From NCBI GenBank assembly GCA_963514005.1, contig OY740795.1:6448001-6512000 (forward strand): a stretch of 64,000 nt of DNA, in the 5' to 3' direction. This stretch comes from Raja brachyura. Lineage: Eukaryota. This document shows positions 1 through 11,990 of this stretch, in pieces (position 1 is the first letter of the stretch; each line of letters starts with the position of its first letter). A program made the translations under genes and the position numbers. The notes beneath the pieces were generated by a model. The model did no database searches. It was given only the letters and a program-made list of their open reading frames with translations, and had not been told where the DNA came from.

Positions 1-1189
1 GAGAGAAGGAATGGGTAACGTCTTTGCTACAGATCCTGCACTGAAGCTTGCTTCACCCCTGAATTAGTTGAATCGATCTGCCAATTAGCCCAATGATTTG
101 CTTTCATATATTAACCTGGAAGTGAGATTAATATGCAGACCATCTATGGAAGGCAACACATTTTGACAATGTAGTGAATCAGTGTAATCTTCTACGTTTT
201 ATCTTCCTTTTTTAATCCTTTAACAAAGGCACACAACGCTAATCATGCAAAAAGAAATCCTGGTCAATGAACTAAGTGAACACCTCAAACTTGTGCAATT
301 TCTTTCCAGCTCCGAGCACCCTAGCACAAATTATAATGCTATCTGAGCTCTTTAAATTAGTTTAGTTTATTCTCACGCACCAGGCACAGTGAAAAGCATT
401 TGAGGCGGGCTAACTAGTCAGTGGAAAGACTGATTACAGTTAAGCCCCATCAAGCCCAATTGATTCCCTTCCCCCCATGAAAGTGTTTATTTTGGGGGGT
501 GGTTTTAAAATCCCCAGATATTTTAAACTTGAAAATTTAGCATTTAACATACCAATAATATTACAATTCTGAACACTTAAAAAAAAAAAGGAACAAAAAA
601 ACAGATTTTCTTTAAGTAATAAGAACCTGAACAACAAAACTGATGGTAGACTCACACTTTATGATTAGAAAAAAAAAAAATTCTGCATTATTAAGGCAAA
701 GGGCAGGAATCATTATGGGTAGAAAATAGTCCAAAAGCAGTTTAAAAGGAATGGTAAGAGTTGAAGGCAGATGCAGAAAACCTCTCTCTGTCTCCAAACC
801 AAAGCGAGTACAAACAAATGATTTTTGCCAAAGATGCGGCTGCTTCAACTTCATTTAACATGACAGAGAATTTCCATCTGTCTAAATATGGGTTAGGCAG
901 AAATTATAGCATTCCAACAGGTCATTTATTTAATTACGGTATCAGTGTTCAATAGCCATAGGAATGTTTTCCACCTCATTAATTTCACATAATAAACGGA
1001 CATTATATCCTTGGCTGTCACATTTTTACAGTTAGGTCATTTTATAAATTTGGACTTGTCATTTACAGACCAAGATTCCACTTAAATTCACCACATTAGG
1101 TTGCAAACAAATTATTTTCCGCATCCGTGGAATAAACTTCACAAAACTATCCTGAGAGGAGAACGCAAAATTAAAAACAAATGGACTTT

Positions 1190-1745
1190 TTTGGGCACCA
1201 AATACACTCCAATTGGGCCATATTTAGAGTGTTGTTTTCAGTTTGGAGCACCATGTTACAGGAAAGACGGCATCAAGCTGGAAAGGGAGCAGAGAAGATT
1301 AATGAGGATGTTGCCAGGACTCGAGGGTCTGTGCTGTAGGGAGCAGTTGAGCAGGCTTGGACTCTATTCCCTGGAGCGCAGGAGGATGAGGGGTGATCTA
1401 ATCGAGGTGTACAAAATCATGAGAGGAATAGATCAGGTAAACGCAGAGTCTCTTACCCACAGTAGGGGAATTGAGAACCAGAGAACATAGGTTTAAGGTG
1501 AGGGGGGAAAGATTTGTTAGGAACCCGAGGGTGATTGGCGCACGGAACAAGCTGCTGGAGGAGATAGTTGAGGCAAGTACTATCGCAATGTTTAAGATAC
1601 ATTTAGACAGGTATGTAGATCGGAAAGGTTTAGAGTGGTATGGGCCAAACACAGGCAGATGAGACTGGAGCAGCGGGACATGTTGGTCAGTGTGAGCAAG
1701 TTAGGCTGAAAGGCCTGTACCCACGCTGTATCACTATATGCTCTA
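1190..1745 (+). mobile_element. CR1-type LINE 3' fragment
   Basis: Decayed ORF2 end (PYLECCFQF...LERRRMRGDLIEVYKIM) followed by the family 3' UTR. Confidence 0.85.
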
Positions 1746-1993
1746 ATGTTTGTTAAGCAGAACACCAGAGTATCCAAGCCAATGTCCTTCCTGACATCTC
1801 TTGTTTGAGATCTAACCAAACAACTCTGGCTTACTTTATACTTTCTAGTCTTGAAGCACAAAATGTTAATTGCAACAACTGCACAACAAACTCAGCCAAA
1901 AACAATAAACCAAGAATGCCAAATGCAACCGAAACCATTGCTCAAGCAAGATCCTTTAACAAATTGCAGTTTAAAATCCCTTCAAAATGGTAC

Positions 1994-2190
1994 CTTTTCA
2001 AGTCGTCAAACACATCAGGCAGTAGGAAGTTGAGCAGAGACCAGAGCTCGGCCAAGTTATTCTGTAGTGGGGTTCCAGTCAACAGCAGCTTGTTGTCAGT
2101 GTTGAATCTTTTTAGTTCTTGAATCAGGCGGCAGTTCAAGTTCTTGATTCTGTGGCCTTCGTCCACAATTAGATATTTCCAGTGAAATTT
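1994..2190 (-). CDS. HELLS: HELLS coding exon (~human exon 11): [17 protein letters not shown]...[12 protein letters not shown]2 motifs II (DEGH) and III (TGT)
   Basis: Acceptor aaatag| at 2191-2192, donor AG|gtacca at 1993. Length 197 nt. Translation closely matches vertebrate HELLS as recalled. Downstream exons lie outside the window. Confidence 0.97.
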
Positions 2191-2339
2191 CTATTTTGGG
2201 GAAAATGCACAACATTATATTTGGTGATCGCAGCTGATAGGCACTGCAGGGCATGGAGGCAACAGTCCCTTCACTTCTCCTCCAATTGTTGCAGGAGTGC
2301 AGTCTCCCAAAGTTTAAACAAAATATCTGTCTGATTTAC

Positions 2340-2483
2340 CTGGAAATACTTGCGGTCCCTCATTGCAATTTCGTAAGAAGTGATGATCACAGGCATGATT
2401 TGCAGAGACCCGTGACACTTTCGAATTTTGCGTAGCTTTTCAACGCGGTCTTTTTGGTTCCCATGATAGAGCAACACAGGAAT
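2340..2483 (-). CDS. HELLS: HELLS coding exon (~exon 10): IPVLLYHGNQKDR...ITSYEIAMRDRKYFQ
   Basis: tttag| acceptor, CAG|gtaaat donor, 144 nt, phase 0-0, HELLS-like translation. Confidence 0.97.
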
Positions 2484-2707
2484 CTAAATGTTAAAGACAA
2501 CAAAATGGCATCAGAAATCCACATGCCAAAATGGACCATCTATTTGATGGGTACTGAATGTACAAGCTCAGAGGTCATGTTGAGGTTATTCAAGACATTG
2601 GGGAGGTCATATTTAGAGTATTGTGTTCCGTTTTGGGCACCATGTTATAAGATGTTGTGCAGCTGGACATGGTACGGAGACGATTTACAAGGATGGTGCT
2701 GGGACAC

Positions 2708-2790
2708 GCGAGAGAGCGCCAGAGAGCGCCAGAGAGCGCCAGAGAGAGACAGAGAGAGACAGAGAGAGACAGAGAGAGACAGAGAGAGAG
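2708..2790. repeat. 10-bp tandem repeat (GAGAGCGCCA)n then (GAGAGAGACA)n
   Basis: Directly visible. Confidence 0.9.
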
Positions 2791-3010
2791 ATTGAGCTTG
2801 GAGAGCAGGAGGCTGAGGGGTGATCTTATAGAGGTGTAGAAAATCATGAGAGGAATAGATTGGGTAAACCCACAAGGTTTAAGGTGAAGGGGGGAAATAT
2901 TTAATAGGAATCTGAGAGGTAACGTTTTCACACAAAGGGTGGTGGATGTATGGAACGAGTTGCCAGAGGAGGAAGTTGAAGCTGATACTATTGCAACGTT
3001 TAAGAGACAT

Positions 3011-3655
3011 CTATTTATTTATTTATTGATTATTTTTTTGGAAGCAATTGTACAAAAAAGAATGACATAACAGTTCTATAACTCTAGCATAGCTTCATTT
3101 TTAACATTTTACAAACAGAATATTGAATTGAATTAAGAAAAAAGAAAAAAGAAAGATGAAAAGAAAGAAAAAAAGGAGATATACCCGTCGACCCCACCCC
3201 TGCGCCCGCTGCCCCAGCTTAACAATCAGTTTTGAGTTTGTGTTCAACCAGAGTATTGTTCAAGAAATTCAATAAAAGGAGACCATATTTTAGAAAATTG
3301 ATCTGGTTTGTCAGTCAAGACAAACCTAACTTTTTCTAGATGTAGTGTCTCTGTCAATTCCATAATCCACATCTGCACTGAGGAGACTGTTGTCTTTTTT
3401 CCAAAATTTAAGTATACACTTTTTTTTGCTGATATTAGCCCGTAATCAAGAAAGCGTTTTTAAAATACCGTTAGTTTGACACATGCTTCTGATATTCCCA
3501 GTATTATCAGTTTTGGGTCTGGTTCTAGTGGAATTTTCAATGTTTTAGAGGTAACATTAAAAATGTCCGTACAAAAATGTTCTATTTTTGTACGTATTAC
3601 AAAAGTATGGGTTAAGGTGGCTTCTTGAGAATGACATTTGTCACAAAGGTTAAGA
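3011..3655 (-). mobile_element. L1-clade LINE 3' end with 9-bp TSD
   Basis: Minus-strand CDKCHSQEATLTH (zinc-knuckle remnant) ...QFSKIWSPFIEFL, A-rich (AAAT)n tail, AAGAGACAT duplicated at 3002-3010 and 3656-3664. Confidence 0.75.
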
Positions 3656-3833
3656 AAGAGACATTTAGATGGGTACATGGATAGGTTTGGAGGGATATGG
3701 GCCAAACGCAGGCAAGAGGGGCTAGTGTAAATGGGACATGTTGGTCGATGTGGGCAAGTTGGGATGCAGGGCCTGTTTGCATACTCTGTGAGTTAGCTCT
3801 GAAGTTGGATCAAACCCACCCCCCCAGACTCAC

Positions 3834-4016
3834 CTTTGGGGTGAATCTCTTGAACTCGGACACCCAGTTTGGTAGCGTAGACAGAGGACCGCAGACGAAG
3901 AACGGCCCCGGGACCCCTCGGTCCACCATCAAGGCGATCATGGCAATGCACTGCACAGTCTTCCCCAGGCCCATCTCGTCTGCCAGGATCCCATTGATGC
4001 CATTTTCCCACAGCAT
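3834..4016 (-). CDS. HELLS: HELLS coding exon (~exon 9): [20 protein letters not shown]...FKRFTPK, Walker A and motif Ia
   Basis: aacag| acceptor, AAG|gtgagt donor, 183 nt, phase 0-0. Carries the [10 protein letters not shown] and PLSTLPNW signatures. Confidence 0.98.
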
Positions 4017-4879
4017 CTGTTAGGGAAAAATACAAACAGCATCAGAAGACGCCCAGACAAACCCACCTCAAATCTTTTCAGTTTAGTTTATTGTGAGTTT
4101 AGTTTTTAGTGCACAATGTAAAAATTGTTGTTGTGTGCTATCTAGTCAGTGGAAATACTATGCATGATTACAATTTAGCCATCCACAGTTTACAGATACT
4201 ACATGATAAAGGGAATGTGTAATGCAAGATAAAGTCCAGTAAAGTCCGATTAAAGATACTCCGAGGGTCTCCAAAGAGGTAGATAGTAGTTCAGGACCAC
4301 TTGCTAGTTGGTGATAGGACAGTTCGGTTGCCTGATAAGAATTGAAAATAAACTGTCCCTGAATCTGAAAGTGTGGAGGTTTCCACACTTCAGTACCACT
4401 TGCCCGATGGAGAAGGGAGGTGGTGGATTTTCAAAATCCATTGTGAACCTCTTCCAAGTGCGGATGCAAAGCGCTGGAGTTACTCAGCGGGACAGGCAGC
4501 ATCTCTGGAGAATGTGGAAAGGTAACATCTCGGGACCTCCGGAAGAAGGGTCCCAACTGGAAATGTCACTTATCCATGTTACTGAGTTACTCCAGCACTT
4601 TTTTTTGCAAACCAGCATGCTGCCTGTCCCGCTGAGTTACTCCAGCTTTTTGAGTCAATCTGCAGTACAATGCCTCTACATCTTTCAAATGGATACAAAC
4701 TATATTGGCTAAAAATAAAATACATGTGTTCAGCAGCTGTCTGCACGGTCAGTTTAAATCAATAGAAGTTGCAGTGGAGCACAAACCCTGAACATGAAGG
4801 GACCCTCACAGTTTCCAATTCTGATTATAACTTATTGGCCCCTGCAGAAAGCAAACCAGAAAATATTCAGGCTTAACAA

Positions 4880-5195
4880 TTTAGTTTAGTTTAAGATACA
4901 GCATGTGAACAGTCCCCTCGATCGACCTAGTCCACGCCAACCACTGATCATGCATTCATACTTGTTCTATGTTATTGCACTTTGGCATCCACTCCCTACA
5001 CATCAGGGGCAATTTTACACAAGCCAATAAACATGCAAATCCGCACGTCTTTGGGATGGGTGAGGAAATCGGAGCACCCAGGGGGAACCCACGTGGTGAC
5101 AGAGAGAACATGCAAACTCCACGCAGACAGCACCCGAGGTCAGGATCGAACTGGGGTCTCTGGCGCTGTGAGGAAGTGGCTCTCCCAGCTGTGCG
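4880..5195 (-). mobile_element. tRNA-derived V-SINE (HE1-like)
   Basis: B-box (GTTCGATCC on minus), V-domain-like core, (CTAAA)n tail. Confidence 0.8.
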
Positions 5196-5239
5196 GCAGC
5201 GGCTCTTCCAGAATCAGCCAGTGGAAGTTCCATTAACTC

Positions 5240-5710
5240 TGATCCGAGGAAGGATGTGCTGGCCCTGGAGAGGGTCAAGAGGAGATTTACAAGAATGATC
5301 TGGGAACTTGGCCTGTACTCGCTGGAGTTTAGAAAAATGAGGGGGGGGACCTCATTGAAACATGGTGAAAGGCTTGGATAGAGTCGATGTGGAGAGGACG
5401 TTTCCACTAGAGGGAGAGTCTAGAACTAGAGGTCACAGCCTCAGAATTAAAGGACGTTCCTTCAGACGAAGAGGGGTTCGTTTAGTCAGTGGATGGTGAA
5501 TCTGTGGAATACTTTGCCACAGAAGGTGGTGGAGGCCAGGTCAGTGGATATTTTTAAGGCAGAGACAGATAGGTTCTTGATTAGTAAGGTGTCAAGAGGA
5601 TATGGGGAGAAGGCAGGAGAATGGGGCGAGGAGGGAGAGATAGATCAGCCATGATTGAACGGTGGAGTAGACTTGATGGGCCAAACGACCTAATTTTACT
5701 ATCACTTATG
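5240..5710 (+). mobile_element. CR1-type LINE 3' end
   Basis: ORF2 terminal remnant plus 3' UTR GATCAGCCATGATTGAA...GATGGGCC. Confidence 0.8.
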
Positions 5711-6020
5711 ACCATCAAAAAGTCCAATTCTGGTCATGACCTATTTACATACTGCAGAAAGTACGTAAAAAAACATTCAGGCTCAATAGCTGCCAACGAT
5801 TGCTGATCAACCTGTCAAGTTTAAAACATTTTAAGAGTGATTGCAAGCACTTCCTGACACCACCAGATTGCACAGCATCTCATCTGCAGCGGAAGCCAGA
5901 ATATAACTGGCAAGATAAAAGTACTTTGGAACATTTTGCATTCACACATAATGTAGTCTCAGGTGCAATCGTATCAGGCAGCTCCAGGAATGGGTTCTGT
6001 TCACTTTTTTCACACCTCCC

Positions 6021-6945
6021 AGGCAACACGGTGACGCAGTGGCAGAGCTACTGCCTTGCAGCGCCAGACAGGGTGTGTGTGCGCGTGAGAGAGTGTGTGT
6101 GTGCGTGAGTGAGTGAGTGAGTGAGTGTGTTGGGGTCGCTGGTCGGTACAGACTTGGTGGGCCAAAGGGCCAGGAGACACTGCCTCAAAAAGGTAGTCAG
6201 CATCTGATTACAGGTGCTGTCTGTACGGAGTTTGTACGTTCTCCCCATGACTACTTGGTTTTTCCCCAGAGTGCTCCGGTTTCCTCCCACATTCCAAAGA
6301 CGTACAGGTTTGTAGGTTGATTTGGCTCTAGTTGAAAAAACCCAACTGTATAAACTCCCGAGTGTGTAGGATAGTGCAGTGTACAGGGATCGCAGGTCAG
6401 CACGGACCCTGGGTCGAAGGGCCTGTTGCTGCGCTGGATCACTAAACTAAAACTGTTGCCGTGGTGTATTGCTCTATTTTCCATCTATTTATGTTTCGAT
6501 ACAGCCTGGAAACAGGTCTTTCAGCCCCACCGAGTCCATCGATTAACCGTACACTAGTTCTATCCTACAAACTAGGGACAATTTACAGAGCCAATTAACC
6601 TACAAACATAGGAACATAGAAAATAGGTGCAGGAGGAGGCCATTCAGCCCTTCGAGCCATCACCACCATTCATTGTGATCATGGCTGATCGTCCCCTATC
6701 AATAACCCGTGCCTGCTTTCTCCCCATATCCCTTGAATCCACTAGCCCCTAGAGCTCTATCTAACTCTCTCTTGAACCATCCCTCTCTCTTAGACCCTGC
6801 CCGTCTTTGGAACGTGGGAGGAAATCACAGCACCCGGAGAATACCCACGCGGTCAACGTAGAAATTCCACAGACAGCTCGGGTAGTCAGGATCGAACTCC
6901 GGTCTCTGGCGCTGCAAGGTTGCAGCTCTGGAGCTGTGCCACGCT
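6021..6945. mobile_element. Cluster: V-SINE (+, 6021-6453, with GT microsatellite) and V-SINE (-, ~6495-6945) interrupted by a CR1 3' tail
   Basis: SINE consensus blocks; CATAGAAA-type tail at ~6604-6620. Confidence 0.7.
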
Positions 6946-7111
6946 GAGAAAATTATGTTGCGAGAAAAAACGTTTTTTATCAAGAATTTAGCCCAAGAAC
7001 CAATCTTTGTTTTCATCCCAACACAAGATATTGGTCAGGCGACGGCTACAGTATTCTTCCCCCACCCCATCACAGACACCAGACTGAAACAGATTACCAT
7101 TATAAACTCAC

Positions 7112-7345
7112 CCTTAGCCACTCCATGCCCTCGACTTGGTACCACCTCATCACTCCATTTGTGAAGAGTTTGGGTTGTTGGTATGGAACTGGTTGGCCGT
7201 CCACCCGTCTGACTGGGTCCCAGAGATGCTGAGAGTAGTGGCGAACCGTTTGGGTCAACCTGTCCTTGATAGCAGAATTGGAGTCCTGGTTCTTCTCCGT
7301 ATCTTCAGTCTCGAGTCCTTTCTGAGTGTACGTGGTGTCCAGATT
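7112..7345 (-). CDS. HELLS: HELLS coding exon (~exon 8): [10 protein letters not shown]...[36 protein letters not shown] (Q motif)
   Basis: Translated by hand; not in the ORF track. ccgcag| acceptor, AGG|gtgagt donor, 234 nt, phase 0-0. Confidence 0.95.
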
Positions 7346-9034
7346 CTGCGGATGAAGATTTTGACCACAATTTACAGAAGTCTTACCGGGATACAGCCGT
7401 TGAAATCTGCACAGAGCCTACAATTGACTGATTAGGTGAATTTATCCTGAAACTACTGCAGAGGGGTTGGACGGACAGCAACAGAGGAATGGCAAATTGG
7501 AGCATTGCCATCTTTACACAACCGCGGTGCTCTTTCCTTCCCCCCGTCCCATCTGCCTTCCAAATGCTTTATGCAGAAGAATGCTTTAGAGAAGATGTAG
7601 TGTTCATCTGGCAAAACAAGAGGCAGGCTGCACCGGCTAACTTTACAGAGCCAGTAAAGACCCTGCCCTCAAATTCACCTCGAATCCGACACCCCCCTCC
7701 CCTTTCTTCTAACCTGATCTCACACTTTATTCTTTTCACCATCGTCCTTTCTCCAACCATCGACCATTAAAAAAAATCCCTCTTGCCTGTATCCACCTAT
7801 CACTTGCAATGCTTTGTCTCATCCCCTCTTTTCCAGCTGACTTCCCCCTACAATCAGTCTGAAGAAGTGTCGCCACCCAAAACGTCGCCTATCCATGTTC
7901 CAGATGCTGCCTGACCCGCTGAGTTACACTGGCTCTGTGCGTCTTTTTTGTTTGTAAACCAGCACCTGCAGTTCCTTGTGCACACAGCCAGTAAACAACC
8001 TGTGCCACAAGGGACATAATTTCCTCGTAGCTTTTCTTTCTTCACAGCTCAAAAATATAAACTTTCAGTTGAGAAAATTCCTAAAGATACTCGAGAAAAC
8101 TTGCACGATGGGATTTAAGATGAATCCCCGAACGTTCATAACAGCAATTTACCAGAAGCAATTGCAACCAAATGGATTGAGAAGCATATACAACATGGGG
8201 CGAGAGGGACACACAAGCTCATAAGAGATAGCAGCATGCCATTTGACTTTTCCAATCTGCTCTGACATTTATCAAGGTCTTGGTTGATCATGTACCTCAG
8301 AACCAAAAGGCCCCAACCCAAAACATTGCCTATCCATTTCCTCCAGACGCTGCCTGCCTCGCTGAGTCACTCCAACACGGAGTGTTTTCCTCAAGATTCC
8401 AGCATCTGCAGTTCATTGTCTCCCCATTTTCCTGCACTATCCTTGCATCTCTCAATTCCCATTACTCCTAGAGATCCATTGATCGATTTTGAACAAAATG
8501 ACAGAGCCTACATGTTCCGTGAAGTGGAAAATGCCAAAGGTACCCCTCATCTCAATCCTAAATCGCCCATCCTTCATTTTGAGAATGACTTCTTAGCCAC
8601 GAGCAACATGCTTCCTGCATCCAGTCTGCCAAGCCCAGTAAGCACTTTGTAACTTACAACTGGTACCTATAGTGTTGGAAACAGCCCAACTTGCCCACAC
8701 CAACCAACATGTCCCATCTACACTAGACCCACTTGCCTGCATTAGGGCCATATCCCTCTAAACCCGTCATATCTATGCACCTGTCCAAATTTTTCTTAAA
8801 CGTTGCAATACTGTCTGCCTCAACCACTTCCTCCGACAGCTCGTTCCATATGTGTGGAAAACTTTACCCCTCAGGTTCCTATTAAATATTTTCCCCCGGA
8901 AGTTGAACTTATGTCCTCTGGTTCTTGTACATGAAGCCTATTCTTATACAACTATGCCAAGACTTAAGCGCCTATGCTTCAACTTCTTGATTTGCAGCAT
9001 CACAGTGTTAACAACTCCTGTTTTATTGACTTAC

Positions 9035-9073
9035 TTCATCCGTTTTAGCCATTTTGACTCGTGACAAAATATC
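9035..9073 (-). CDS. HELLS: HELLS small exon (~exon 7): DILSRVKMAKTDE
   Basis: Poly-T then ctag| acceptor, GAA|gtaagt donor, 39 nt, phase 0-0. Resembles human EILSVAKKNKKENE. Confidence 0.85.
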
Positions 9074-10072
9074 CTAGAAAAAAAAAACGTGTGAATTTTC
9101 ATGGATCAATTGGAGATTAAGAATCACAGTTGAATTATCTATTTGAGTATAGACTTTGTGAATAAAATAAACGCAGGAGAATATGCACACATTTCCCACT
9201 CTTTACAACTTCAGCAAAGGAAAGGAATCACAACGTGGGAGAAACGCACTGTGGCTTGAAAAGAAAATTCACCTGCCTGGATTCCAATGTTGAGTCACAG
9301 TAATTTTAGTTCGGCAAAGGATTGCGTATCTGAATGTTAAGTCAAGGACTTTCCCAATGTTTCAAAATTGTTGCTGCGGAGTCCGTGAATTATTCTTGAA
9401 GTGAATAAGTGGGTTACCTCCGGGTGCTCTGGTTTCCCACCACATCCCAAAGGCGTACAGATTTGTAGAGAAACTGGCTCAGTGTGAAGATGCATCGGAA
9501 GGCAGTGCGAGAGGGGAAGGGGGGAGGGGTTGCTCAAGAGAATGTGGGGGAAATATAAAATGGGTATTGATATAAAATTTGTGCTATGCATGATTGATGG
9601 TCACCACAGACCATAAGACCCAAAATGTCTTTTGTCCATTTTCCTCCACAGATGCTTGAACTACTTGGTTCCTCCAACAGTTTGTTTAGGCTCCAGATTC
9701 CAGCATCTGCAGTCTCTTGGACATCTAAGAGTATTAACAATTGTCCACAAAACAGTGAAATGAAGTTAAAACAGACAAAAAAAAAATAAAAAAAGAAACC
9801 GCGTAACAAATGGCATCCAAGTAAAAGTCTTATTGATAAATAATTGGAGACAGCCCAAGAATGACACAATACTGCGTTTCTATAATTCGTAATTAATAAC
9901 ACAGAACAACTGCAGTGAGAGCAGTGACAGATTTTACAATGACATATGTGACTTGAAGTGGTGCATTCCCAGAGGCGAAATATGAGATAATACAAGCAGC
10001 ACACAACGTGAGGGTTTTACGGGCCACTTCACTAGAGACACCATGGCACGTTAACTAGAACAAACTCTTTAC

Positions 10073-10140
10073 CTCCTTTGAGATGTAATCTGAAATAGTG
10101 TATGTTTCTTCTTCTCTTCCTCTTTTCTTGGATGCTAAAT
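10073..10140 (-). CDS. HELLS: HELLS exon (~exon 6): (D)LASKKRGREEETYTISDYISKE, includes basic NLS-like KKRGR
   Basis: tttttaag| acceptor (an alternative in-frame tag| gives start 10134), GAG|gtaaag donor, 68 nt, phase 1-0. Matches human RKKRGREDESYNISEVMSKE. Confidence 0.92.
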
Positions 10141-10934
10141 CTTAAAAAATAAAAATTAAAAATTAAAAATCAGGTATTTACCCGCCAGGATCTTGGAATA
10201 GTGTGCATGCTCTGCGACACGAAAAAACCACCGCAAACCTGATCAGATCAAAATAAGGCAGAGGGATTTCATGTGATGCCCACTGAATCTTCAAACATTA
10301 TTTGTGTCTTTAGAATAAAATCACAGGATCATGGGAATGGAAAAGCATTCTCATCTTGTCACAGCAAATGACAAAAGGCAAGCACGACATGTGTTACCCC
10401 AAGCAATGCCAGGCCAAGTTAAAAACATTGCAGGTAGACACAAAATGCTGGAGTAACTCAGCGGGACAGGCAGCATCTGTGGAGAGAAGGAATGGGCGAC
10501 GTTTTGGGTCGAGACCCTTCTCCCTCAAAAAAAAATTGCAGATGATCTTTCCAGTCAAAAAAAACTTAAAGACTTCAAAGTAATTATTTTTTCATAAATT
10601 GAAAACAATTCTGAATTTGCATCTTGGATTCACTAGGCAAAAGATGCAGCAGGTCCTGAGATCGCCAACTCTCCTTTCTGTACCAGTTCAGTCATTTTGA
10701 CCAAAATGCACGGGATAATGAAGAAGTGTTCAGATGAAACAAAGTTTGTTCATATGATTGAAAGCTTTGACTATAAGAGGATGCAGATGTACTGGTTGAA
10801 AAATGACAAGTGGAATTTAATCCAGAGAAATGCAAATTAATGTTCTTGACGAAGTTCAACAAGGCAAGAGAAGATACAGTAAATGGCAGGATATTGAGTG
10901 GTGTGGAAGAATTGTGAGTCTTGCAGTGTACACG

Positions 10935-10973
<39 letters not shown>

Positions 10974-11146
10974 CACAAATAAGCTGGTTAAAAACTCATA
11001 TGGGACTAATTATCAATACCATTATAAAGGTAAACTTATTTTTATTAAATCGGAAACAGGCAGTAAACCTTTTTTTTTAAATTAAGAACATTGGTATATC
11101 ACAACAAACAATTCACACTTTTACGTGGGTCAATATGACTAACCCA

Positions 11147-11446
11147 GGGCGACACGGTGGCGCAGGGATAGAGTTGCTGCCTTACAGCGCAGGAGACCCG
11201 GGTTCGATTCCGACTCCGGGTGCTGTCTGTACAGAGTTTGTACGTTCTCCCCGTGACTGTGTGGGCTTTCTCTGAGCTCTTCAGTTTCCTCCCACCCTCC
11301 AAAGACGTACATATTTGTTGGGTAATTGGATTGGTATAAGTGTAAATTGTCCCTAGTGTGTGTTGCTAAGGTGCGGGGATCGCTGCTCGGTGCAGACTCT
11401 GTCGGCCGAAGGGCCTGTTTCAGTGCTGTATCACTAAACTAAACTA
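11147..11446 (+). mobile_element. Full-length tRNA-derived V-SINE (HE1-like); further copies at ~13418, 17254, 33720(-), 37750(-), 40310, 43430, 44185(-), 52205(-), 53540(-)
   Basis: A-box GGTGGCGCAG, B-box GGTTCGATTCC, central GGGC/GTTT..TTTCCTCCCAC..CCAAAGAC block, CR1-like tail GGCCGAAGGGCCTGTTTC, (CTAAA)n end. Confidence 0.88.
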
Positions 11447-11526
11447 TCTGGACTCCTCAACTAAAAGGTATTCCCAAGAGCAAACTATTCAACAAGATCG
11501 ATGTGGTATTTAAAACGCATACATAC

Positions 11527-11566
11527 CTGTTTTCGTCTCTTCTAGTGACAAGTTTTTTCCCTGCAC
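11527..11566 (-). CDS. HELLS: HELLS small exon (~exon 5): VQGKNLSLEETKT
   Basis: tttaaag| acceptor, CAG|gtatgt donor, 40 nt. Phase 0-1 exactly bridges the neighbouring exons. Resembles human GKNSIDASEEKP. Confidence 0.82.
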
Positions 11567-11639
11567 CTTTAAACATACAAAACGAGTCGTCAAATCTGCA
11601 GCTTTGACACCCACATCATCAATCTTTCTCTTCCAATCC

Positions 11640-11990
11640 TTTCCAGGAAAACCACCCCACCCCCCCCCCCCCCCCCCCCCACCAAAAACAGTTTTGCTCC
11701 GATTTCATCTTGCATAAAATCTACCGAATCAACCGCTTCAGATTTCCACTCCATCACCCGATAAATTCTGGACAAGTGTTCAAATCTACAGGCTTCTCTC
11801 CACATTATCGATCTTTCACCTCCAACCATTTCCAGCAAACTAACCTCCCCCACCCCCCCCCCCCCAATAAAAATCGATCGGTCAGTTCCAATTGCGTCTT
11901 TCATCTTGCACAAAATGTACCGAATCAAACTCCCATCTCAGATTTCCAGCTCAGCCCCCAATAAATTCTGGGCCAAATGGTCATTAATCT
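11640..11990. repeat. Degenerate ~197-bp tandem duplication
   Basis: TCATCTTGCAyAAAATsTACCGAATCAA...CAGATTTCCA...ATAAATTCTGG occurs at ~11705 and ~11901, each preceded by a C-run. Confidence 0.6.

Larger units (their letters stand above)
2550..3790 (+). mobile_element. CR1-type LINE 3' fragment interrupted by a 10-bp microsatellite and an L1 insertion
   Basis: LEYCVPFWAP...RRLRGDLIEV; the 3' UTR resumes after 3655. Confidence 0.8.

Noticed and set aside
1-1190. Search for the next HELLS exon (FESWFDI...)
   Set aside because: No matching translation seen; the exon presumably lies beyond the left edge.
7387-7417. Possible extra HELLS micro-exon (tag|GCT...CCG|gtaaga)
   Set aside because: 31 nt would shift the frame, and the following intron would be only ~41 nt.
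11147-11220. tRNA-like sequence with A and B boxes
   Set aside because: It continues into a SINE body and tail and recurs many times; it is a SINE head, not a tRNA gene.
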